Virus record (IMG/VR): IMGVR_UViG_3300022752_000070 | Location: 1-62,397 of that record | DNA from: a virus | Lineage: Duplodnaviria; Caudoviricetes | Strand: one strand, 5' to 3' | Length of the DNA stretch: 62,397 bases | Shown: piece by piece, positions 30,708 through 42,700 of the stretch | Numbering within the stretch: position 1 is the stretch's first letter | How the letters are laid out: every line of letters starts with the position of its first letter | Translations under genes and position numbers: made by a program | The notes under the pieces: model-generated | Database searches by the model: none | Told to the model about the DNA's origin: nothing | What the model saw: the letters and a program-made list of their open reading frames with translations, nothing else

Positions 30708-33700
30708 CTTGTTTAGGAAGTGCTCCAGTTTCGTATTTCAATTTTAAACCTATTCCTCTTCTTTGAACAGTTGCAAATGTTGTTAATCCAACATCTACAG
30801 TTTTTCCAGAAACTCCAATCGAAATTGGTGAATTGGATCTAGTAAATCCTGAAAGTTTGCCCCATGAAAACTTACCTATAGGATTTAATGTGGATCCAGA
30901 AGTTGTTAGACCTATAACATTTGATGTAGACAAAACATTACAAGTTATAATTCCTATGTTGTCAGCACCAACAACCTTAGACCAACTGTGTATGCGATAT
31001 ATATTATCTAAATATGTGGTTCCAATTCCAACCAATGAAATGTTGGAATTGTCAATAGAAGTCACACCAGATCCAACTCTAGTATCATAGATATAAATTG
31101 GATATCCAGTTGTCAATCCTGCAAGATTATTTGCATCTAAATTATTAATGTAGAATCTTAATGCCAATGAGGTTCCAATACCAGCACTTGTCGTTATCCC
31201 AGTAACTATACCTGAGAATCCAGCAACTTCAGAAACACCCCTAACAGTTTCAATTGGGAGTGACTCTGTAGTTGATATTCCTACAGTGCTTGAACTCCCT
31301 ACAATTAAAAGGTCAAATGGTTCGAATACTATTTCATTATCATAATTAAAGAATTGAGCATCATCTACAAAAAGTTCAGTGCTTGTTGTTCCAATTCCTG
31401 CAATCAATCTAGATGTTGGGTAAACTTGTGCTTCAATAGAATCTCTTGATTTATAAACGAACTCACCATTTATCTTTTGATCTCTTTTTTGCTTAGTCCA
31501 ACTTATTGGTTTTTCAAAATTTTCATCTATTCCAGATCCAGAATACAAATTAGTTTCAAATTTATCAGAATAAGATAAATTAAATACCGTTCTACTATCT
31601 TGAGTAATCGTTGTTGGATACTTATTGTTTTTATATACTCTTACAATATCACCAGACTTTATAGTTGGATAAATATCAGTCTTTAATAAACTATCATCAC
31701 CTATTGTTCCTCTATAGAAAAATACCGAAATATTATCTTCGGGTTTTGGAGCCTCTGTAAATACAAAAGATGTTCCACCATCAAATGTATATGAAACTCC
31801 TGGTTCTTGTAAAACACCATTTATAAAAATTAAAAGTAAGTTTTGAAGTTCTACATTAGAATTTTCATCTTTTTCAAAGCTCAATAGTTCTTCATTATAG
31901 AAAAGTGGGAATACTTGTCTCGAACCATCTTGATAATTTTTAATAGAATCTATGTAGTCTAATTCTCCAAATTGCCAAAGAGCAAAAGAATCTGAAAATG
32001 TCTCCAAAACAGTTAATGTAAGTTCTGAAAGTGGTTGAGCCAATCTCCTATCAGTTACCAACCCAACTGGTTTAAATACATCACCTTTTCTGAAAGAATA
32101 TCCTTGCCTTGTTATATTAAATCCAGTTACTTCAAAATATGTTGAACCTATACCAGTTGTCGAACTGGCTCCAACTTCAACATTTAATAGTAACCCAACT
32201 CCAGTATCTGTTGTTGCTCCTAGACCAACTCTAGAAACGCCAATAACCTCTAAATTTTCATATGATGGATCGGATACAAAGATTTTGGGATTATTATATC
32301 CTGTTCCACCGACACCAACTGAGAATGAAAGTGTTCCACCTGCACCAACAGATGCCGTAATATTTGCTGGTGTACCTCCAACATTTTGAGTTGGATCATA
32401 TACAGTAACTGAAACAATTCCACTATATCCAGATCCATGTATATCAGTTGTTCCTAGTCCAACTGATACTATTGAACCCCCAGCACCAACAACAGCTGTT
32501 ACTGATGCACCAACTAGTGGAGCATATCCCAATCCAATAGATGATCCAAGAGATACTATGATTCCACCTCTAGGAATTTCATTCTGATTAATATCATATT
32601 CTGAAATAATATCAAGATTTGGTCTGATACTAGAGAAAACTATACTTGTTATTCCAGATGGACTAGTAGTTTCTATAATAGAGAAGTTATTTGATGGATT
32701 ATTCTTGGAAGTTGGTGATTGGAACAAACCATTTATTAATAGAATGCCATTTCCACCCGTTGTTCCTAAACCTACTGTATTTGCACCACCAACCGTTAAA
32801 GTAAACGTTCTTCCTATACCATTAAATTGATTGGATATATTATCATAAACAACATTAGTATCATAATTATTTCTCAAGAACACTCTTCCAGTAAATTCAG
32901 AAGTTTGGAACTTCAAGTTACTAGAGTCTCTTTCTAGTTGTGGATTTCCTTTAGGGGATTCTGTAAAATGAATGTGGCCATTACTAATATTATAAGACCC
33001 TCTATATACTTTTGCGGTAGATCCAGAAATGTGAGAAGTTGCAGAAGATCCAACAAATCCTCTACTCACCTGTACCAACGATGTAGTTCCCACCCCTGTT
33101 ATTGGACCAATACTAGTTGTTCCAAAACCAACACTTATAACTTGCATGTATTCATTGTCAATTTTTAAAATATCTTTGGGAAATACGGTAGATATTCCAC
33201 TCATTTGGAAAATTGTTGAAGTCGATCCAATTCCAGCAGAAAGTGAATGAGAAACCTTTGTAAATGATATTGGATGCTGAATTATATCATCGATTGTTAT
33301 AATAGTTTTTTCATTATTTTTAAGCATTTCAAATAGATGAGCATTTCCACTACCAGAAGAAACGAACGTAACAGCAGTTCCAGCCCTCGTTGTAGAAATT
33401 TGGAAAGTATTCTCTTGCTTATTAACAACAAATACTGATGAAGGTAGAGTTGAAATAACACTTCCAGACTTATACATCATTGGTGTTGCTGCAACACCTA
33501 CAATTGTAGATTTTGGTGTATAAATTAACTCCTCATCATCACTAAAGAAATGATTTTCTGAAGTAAATTCCCCAGTCGTCAAATTAATCTGTGTATTATC
33601 ATCTGGATCAAATTCTCTTGCAAAAATTTTGAGTCCATTTGATGTTAATGGAAAATCCTTTCTATTGATTCTAGTTCCATTAATCGCATTGTAAAAATTA

Positions 33701-36700
33701 GTTTTTATTGATTCTCTACCAAAGATTACATTATTTGTAGAATATTCTAAATCTGGTGCGATATTAATATCATCTACATCTTGATAGAAACATTTATTTA
33801 AATTAGAAATTGCAATATTTTGAGTTATTCCCGCATCAGGATAAAACTTTAATACAAAATTATTTCCTGAATTTTCAAATGTCCCACCAAAAGTTCCCAA
33901 TCCAATTAAAGAATCTGATGTTGATGTTGATCCAACAGATAAAAATTGCATTTGTTGAGTATATACATCCACTCCATCATGAATCATTAAAATTTGATGT
34001 AGTGCTTTGGTAGATCCAGCACTAACTTCTACTAGAGATTTAACAGAATTGAAAAGATTAGTATTTAAATTTAAAATTGATGTAGATGCTGCAGATGTGG
34101 TTGTTGAATAATTTGACATATATATCACACTTCTTTCTGATCCATCTGGACCAGACTTTTTAAATCTGTAAGTTCCACCAATACCAGTGATGCTAGTAGT
34201 TCCAAATCCAACAACACTTGATTTTATTGTTACATCATCATCCGATAGTGTATTTGTATAATTTAGATATAAAATATTAGAAATTATATTTGCACTAAAA
34301 GTACCAATAAAATTACTTGAATAATTGTCTACATCATTATTATCAATATAATATTCTGATATGTAAGTATTTGATCCATCTTGAGTCAAATATAACTCCA
34401 CAAAATTAATTTCTTTTGAGTTATCATTGATAACTTGCATTGAAGCATGTAAAGATTCAAATGATGTTGAGTCTAACGAAACAATATTAGTAGATATTCC
34501 TGGAGCAGCCCTATCTACAGAGTTACTAATTTTTACAAATCCAATTGATGTTGATGCAATTCCTATACTATTTGATTCAAATGAACTTTGAATCCACTTT
34601 AAATCATAATCAGTATTATAAGGATTATTGGGAGTGAATCGTAGGAAAATTTCTTTGAAATCATTTTCTTCTATAGAAAATTCTCCAATTTTCTCCATTG
34701 ATGAATGTGTGAGTCCTATTCCCGAATTTACAAGAGAACCTTTCTCCAATAAAGAAATGTTAGTGCCATCATTTAAAATAACTAAATCTGAAAATTGTAT
34801 TTCAGTATTATCAGATGATGTAACTCTAATCAAAATACCAATGTATTCATTATTTTGTTGTGTCAAATCAATAAAATTTAAGAAATTGGTAGAAGTTGAT
34901 TCTAAGTTTGAAAAAAGTCTATTAATATCATCTATTTTTAAAACGTTATTACTTACGTTATTAATATATGGAGTTAATATTTTGTTTTCTAATTTTAAAA
35001 ACTTAGAATAATTGTTAACAGTGTCAATATCTTTTGATAGATCAAAATTATAAATTGTATCAACTCTTTGCTCATCAATAATATCTTTGGTTATTGTGGT
35101 TGCATTTTCACTATTAACTCCAACTGAAGAAGTAGAAGTTATACCAGTATCTCCAAAATTCTTTGTTCCAACAGTATGTAATAAGTTATTTACAGGAGTC
35201 TTAAATTCATCATATGTTATTGGACTCTTAATTGTATAAGATAGATTTTGATAGTAATCATTGTCTGGGATTACTTGAGAACTATCATTTAGCATTCCAA
35301 TATTATCTGCCCAACCAATATTTTTATCTGTTGAAAGGTTAATTTTAAATTTACCTAAATTTTCTTTTATACTTTCAACAGTTGCGATGGTTCCAGACTC
35401 TCTACCTTTAAATGTCTCATCTTTAGAAAGTTCATAAGTTCCAAAAACTTTTATAGAAGAGTCGTTATAGTCAACAATTTTTAAATCTCTTTCAATTCCA
35501 TCTGAAATAATTGTTTCTCCAACTATAAATGATGCTTTAGTTTTAGAAATTTCAAATGTTGGGTAAGTATCTTGATTAATTATAGTTGGAATAAAATCTT
35601 GAATAGTTTTTGCTATTCCAGTGTTTGTAGTTAATCCAGAAACATTAACAACAACTTTAGCAAAAACTCCACTCGTATCATCAAAACTATCGACATTAAA
35701 TAACTGATATCCATAATCTTCAGAATTAAACCCATCACCGTCTACACTTTGTTTTTGAATTCCTTCAATGAAAACTTTATCTCCAGTTAAAAATGGATCT
35801 GGAGAAAATCCACCGGTTGGTCTAGTAATGAAGCAAGTAAAGATTCCACTCGAAGAAGATTCAACTTTTTGAATACTAAATCCATTTGTATTATTTACTG
35901 CAAATAGATTAACTTCAGTATCTGGTATTCCTTTTGGATCCTGAATTATCTTTACTGAAGAGATTGAAGTTCCTGATAAAACTGCTTCTAAAATTCCACT
36001 ATCAATTTTTTCACCAGTTAAAGAATTCACTATAATAATAGATGGTGGAATGATATAATCGGATCCACCACTAGTTACTGTAACAATTCCGATTGTATTT
36101 GAATCTTTGAGTGATATTTTTGGAGATATGTATGCAATTGGGTGTAAAGTTGGATCTGAAGTATATTCAAATCCTTCATTTATTAGTTTTAATTTATTAA
36201 TATCTCCTATATTTTTTGATCTTGATATAATATTCGCATCTCTTCCATCTGTAGAAATAACTTTCTTAAATATTGGAATATTTTTATAATTTGAACTTGT
36301 AGAAATAATATCAATCTTATCAATTGGTCCTTTTGCAGTCTCAGAATTTGTGGAATAAGTTAATTCCTGGCAATCTGTTTTTGCATAGGACACTCTCTCT
36401 GGTTTATTTTCTAAGTAAATGCTAAAGGTAGTAGATCCAACACCAGATACATTGTAATTTTTATTATATGAACTGTCGATAAAGTTAATTTGAGAATAAT
36501 TTACAACATCACTATCTAAACTAATAATTTCTCCATCTTTCGATAGATTGTAGTATAGTTTATCTGGTAGATTTTCATCATAATTAATACTCAATGTTGC
36601 GGTTGTTGATACTCCGACTGTCCCTACACCAGATAAATTAAATTCTGATGATGATCCTGTTGAAACAAATTCATTATTATAGTTTTGATCATAAAATAGT

Positions 36701-39700
36701 TTCAACTCATATCCATTTAAAGAAGAATCTGATAATTTAAATACAAGATTGTTATTTTTTACAACTGAAATTTCTGGATTGATTAAAGAAATAGTTTGAT
36801 TTGACCCACCTGGACCAGCAATATTTACAGGATTATTTGGATTTGATACTGCATCTTTGTATGTCTCTGCAACTTGAATTTCGTTATTATTTCTCTTAAT
36901 AATATAATATTCACCATCATCCATTGGAATGCCTACGGTAGATGTAGTATTTCCAAGATAGAGAATTTTATCTCCTGTTTTAAATGGATGATTATTGATT
37001 TGGATATAACCTCTAATCTCTGGTACATCATTAACTCCTGGAACAGCAAGACCTTCAAAAGCAGAAAATCGTACTAGCATCAAACCATCACCGAGTGCGG
37101 ACACAGATCCACTACCATCAACATCATAAACAGTGCTTCCTATACCAACACCACCTGTCACAGAATTAATATAACTTCTTATCGAAGATGCCGTTGTTCT
37201 GGTAGCATTGGTTGGGAAAATTATTCCTGCAATTAATTTATCACCAGCAAATGCACCACCAAATAATTCTCTAATAACTACCAAACCATCATTGCCACTA
37301 ACTACACCATCACCATCCATATCAAACAGAGAATAATTATCCCAAATGTAATCATATATCTGTTGTGCATTTCTTGTAGCCGTTGGAGAAATTGCTTTGC
37401 TAGTGAAGGCAATTCCTACTGCAGTATCAATTGTTGCAAGTCTAGTTGGAATTGTATAATAAAATTCAGTTCCAAAAATATTTGAAGACGTAAATCTAAT
37501 TGGATTAATCAAAAGTTTTTTATAGTTATTATTCCATACTACATTTACTGATGTGGATGTGCCTATACCAACATTTAAGTTAGGTCGAATGTTTAATGAG
37601 ATAGAATCTCCATTTGACAATTCATGTGAAGTTGATACTGATACTGTGGTTTTAAATCTTTCTACAGTGCCTTGATATTGTGAGAAAGAACTTTCTAATA
37701 GATAATTATCATCATCATTACCATTTGTATGGAAAAATAGTTCTGGAGCACTAAACGAAGTCTTAAGACCTATTACATTAATACTCTTATTAACAACGTA
37801 AAGTTCTTGAGAACTACCACTAATGGGAATTGAATAAGTGTTTACCCCATCAGTTGATACTGAGAGAGTTCCTGCAGGTGGTGTAAATAATACCTTTTGA
37901 TTTGTGGCAAAAGGATGATTCTCTAAATAAATTCCTTTTATTGGAATATCTCTACTGATCGTAAGATCTGCAAGACTAAAGGTTACTAAATTACTAGTTC
38001 CAACCGTAGTTCCAACTCCAACTGATTCTTTTGGATTAAAATAAACCTTATCATTAACTTTTGATTCAAAATAATCCAGATTCTTTGAGATTGTAAACGA
38101 ATCTGGTATTAGAGAAATTGTAGATGATGCGTCATGAGATGATCCAGCACCAGTAAGTCCTCTTTGAACTCTTAAAATATTCTTATTTTCAAAAATATTT
38201 AAAACTTTAAGAATTTCTGTTCCTATTCCAATACTGCTACCAACAGAAATTGAGTTTGGTATTTGTGATACATAAATTTCTGTAGATCCTATAGATGCTG
38301 CTTGAGGTATATCTCTTACAACAGTTGAATATTCTGAGGTTATTCCAATCTTATAAAATCCATCTATACCAGTAAATGCAGTTGAAAAACCAGTTAAGGT
38401 TACATAATCACCGTCTCTAAAATTATGAGAAGGTAAAATTGTTACCTTTAGTTCATTTTGATTATTCCATGTGATAATAGAATTGTCATAAGTTTCTGTT
38501 GTGGTGATAACAGTTTGAATTTCTTTTCCTTGTAATGAGGAAACTCTAGCTGATAAAGATCCCTGATCTAAATCTTGGAATTCCAATAAATCATTTACCT
38601 TATAGTCTACTCCAGCATTTACAATATCAAATCCATTGACGTTTCCTTTTGAAATAGATTCAACCAATAGTTTTTGATTTTTTAAATCCAAATAACTTGG
38701 AACAAAATCATTTTCAACATTTGGATCTACTAACTTATATGGGAATGTATTTCTCAAAACATTTGAATTTTCAAAATCAAATGATTGGTCTAATGAAAAA
38801 TTATCATCCAATACGTTCGATCTATAAGAATCTCCAACAAAATATGGAAACTGTGGTTTTCTGTTTATGCTATTAATGGGTGAAAAATAAGCATATGTTC
38901 CATTTGGAAATTCTGGAGTCTTACAATATCTGCCATTGTGTTTATCTAAATCACCACTTTCATTGTAACTATAATCCTCTACAAAAAATCCACTTTCAAA
39001 ACTGGATGGTCTATCAGTATATGAAGTATCTAAAACATAACTTGAAGTTAAAAGTTTTACGGAAGAAGTATTTTCTGGATCAGAATATCCATATGCACCA
39101 TAAATTGGATTTCCATCATATGCCCAACCAATTATTTTTGAATGGAATGTTCCATCATCAGAGAATGCATTTTGTAGGGTATCAAAGTATCCAAGAACAG
39201 AATATTTGAGTTTATTATTTAAAGTTTCAGTATAAACCTCATTATCAAATCTTTTGGTATCATTAACCGTTAGATCTCTAACTTTAGAATCGAACAATGC
39301 ATTAGATCCTGCAGGAACTACTTTAATCTTTGATGTTGTTGAATATCCTATTCCACCATTAGTAACAGTTACACTTACAATTTTGCCATCAGTTATAGTT
39401 GGTACTAATTCAGCACCATTTCCTAATCCAGTAGGATCTTCTACAACAAGGTCTGGTAGTGAATAATATTCTTTTCCACCATATTCTACTTTAACAGAGT
39501 TGATAGTACCATTAATAATATTAGGTACTAACTTAGCATCCTTTCCGTTCTTGATAGTAATAATCGGCTTCTTTTCAAAATTTAAAATTGATGATCCATA
39601 ACCGGTTCCTGTTTCATATAGATATGCATCAATTATTTTTCCCTTGACTCTGGGAGTTATTTGTAGCACTTGACTTGTGTTAACACCAGACGTTGTAAAT

Positions 39701-42700
39701 TCTACAAAAACTGAAATTTCTGGGTAACTAAAATATTGATATCCAGATCCGATTGATGAAAATTTAATATAATTTTTTTTATCATAATTTGTTCTTGTTG
39801 ATCCATTAATACCCGCATCACAAATTCTAAAAGAATCTTCATCAATTTTTAATACATAAAATTGATTAGATGCATCTGTCGATATTCCCGATATTGCTGA
39901 AGTTTGATAATTATACTTAATCAAGTCCCCATCATTAAATCCATGATTTGCAAAATTAATTGTGTGACTTTGAGATGATATGCCTGATGGACTAACAATC
40001 AGTTTTCTATTTGTATATTGCTGTCCACCATTAATAACTTTAATTTGTGATAATGTTTTTTTGTTTGATGATGTATAAAATTTATGAATTCCTGAGGTAT
40101 TATCTGTATTAAATCCAACGGTATTAATTCCAAGAGAATAATCTGTAAAAGATTGGTATAATCTTACAGTTCTATTACTTGTTGCCCTTACATAATATGG
40201 TGAGTCACTTACAAGTGTAGAATTTCCTACACCAACTCCAATACCAAGATTGCCATTTGAATTATAAATTACCTCTTCACCATCTAAGAAATTATGATCT
40301 GTTAAAAATGTAAGTTGTCCTGTAGTGGTATTGATTCCTCCCGAATTAGTGGTGGTTCTTCCATCAAAGAAAACTTCTCTGACTCTGGTTTTGAGAACAG
40401 GTTCTAAAACCGCACCAAATCCATTTCCTCCACTTACACCAATAGAAACAATTCTTTGTATATCAAAATCTTGATTGTTTACATAAACTTTTTCAATAGA
40501 TCCACTAACAACTGGTTGAACTAGTGCCGTAGAACCTAATCCAGATGCTACAGATATAACAGGAAGATTGATAACATCATAATTTTTTCCACTATTGAGA
40601 ATAGTTACAGATTTTAATGGTCCGTAATAAATTTTATCTAAGGATTTATAATTACTAATCTCTACACCATTTACTAATAAACCGACTGATCCAGGTAAAG
40701 TTTTTTCATCAGAACCATTTACTATATTATTTGTTAATGGAAATTTTCTAAGTATTTTTTGAGCACCTATTTCTCCAGATCTTTGCGAATATAGTGTAAA
40801 TGTATGAGTTCCCAGACCAGATATGTAAGGTGATTTAAACGTCAAGGACTGCCCTACACCAACAAAAGATGGTGAAGAGTATAATCTTATTCTTTTTTTA
40901 TTTGATTCTAAAACCTCGACATAATATGATCCTGTTTCCAATCCAACAAGAGATTCATTCTCTGGTTGATAGTAAATTCTATCTCCAGTTAAAAATGGAA
41001 CATCATTTGGAAATCCTATAATAGTATATTCATCATCAATTTGACCTGCCAAGGTTCCAGTATTATTATCAATATAAGCAGAATTTAATTCTTTTGTAAT
41101 TTGGTAGTTATAAGGAATAGAAAGTCCTCTATTGCTAGAGGGTAGAGAATTAGATGCTACATATGCATAATCATTGTCGGTGTATAAATTACTTACATCT
41201 GATAAAATTGAATCGTTACCATATTCTATAGGAACATTTAAACTACTAGATTTGTTATTTTTTCTTCTCAAATCATAAGACACACCCTCTTCTGGTGCAA
41301 AACTGAATCCAAATAATTTAATTGATTTTGAATTTGAATCAACTTCTTCACTTACATAACTTGTGAAGACAACATTTGATGCCCCTCTCTCAACTATTTC
41401 CACCTCATCACCATGCTTCAAACTTGTTTTATCAATTGATGATCGTAGATTCAAACTCTTTGGACCATTAAAGTTATCAATGTGATATCTTGAGTTAGTA
41501 TTGTATATCCAAGAATTTACCAATACTTCTTTAAAAGTTTTATCTCCAAATTTAGTTTGTCCAATTGGATTTCCAAGACCTTTAATGTGAATAGAATCCC
41601 CTTCAGATACACCTGTTATTGTTTCTGAAATTTGAATAAAATCTGATAAAGATCCCAATAATTTAAACTCTACTTTTTTGTCAATATTACCATTCTCATA
41701 TCCATAATAGATAATATTCGATCTTATGACATCAGACTGTTTTATTTCAGATTCTATTCCAGAACAACCAAGAAACTGATTTATACTCCTACTAGTATAA
41801 GATATTGTATTGTTTCCAGAAACAATATTTCCAGATTCTGGAAACCCAATTGTAGAATCGACAGATATTACTGAAGAACCAATAGATACTGTTTCTAAAA
41901 CTTTTGTGGATGGCGTGATCTCAAAATCACCCTGAATCGTTGGTGATTCATCATATCCAACAAAAAGAGATAATTTATAATATTTTTTTCTATTTCTAGT
42001 AATAATTTCAACTTCAGATACTGTGGCATTTGTATTTGGATCTGTTTCTCCATCAATAGATTTATAAATTGTTTGACCAACTAATCTATTTGGTTCACCA
42101 GAAATTCTTTCTACTAAAACAATTTTTCTTCTGATAAATTCTGCGGAAGATGGTTTAAGTAAAAAGTTTTCTAAATTTACAAGAGTAGAATCTACACCAT
42201 ATAAAATCTTAAATAGTATTTTAAAGGACTCATCAGTTCCCTTTGCCTTGTAAAAAGATCTTGCTTCTTTTATGAAGTTACCAACATTTAACCCAGAAAC
42301 AAAATCTAAATTTTCAAAACCTGGAGTAAAAGAATACTTTAATTTTTTATAAAACTCTTTTAAAAATAAAGAACTTAAATTTTGTACAGATGTAGATTCT
42401 TCATGTGAAGAAACATTGGTTGATTCAAAGACCAATTCTTCTTGATTTAAATCTTCATGGTAACTTGTAATGCCACTGAATCCTCTTTGACAATTTAAAA
42501 AGGAATTTGTAGTTATTCCTGTATATGTGATAATTTCTTCATCAATTCTTAATAACCCATACTCTTTTGGAAATCCTTTAGTGCTGTTTACGTTTATTGT
42601 AATTTTATTATCAGTTCCAATACCTGATGTTAAATATGTGCTATCAACAACAACTTCTGGTGTAAGATTATCAAGTTTTAAGTATTGATCTAAGTTTTCT

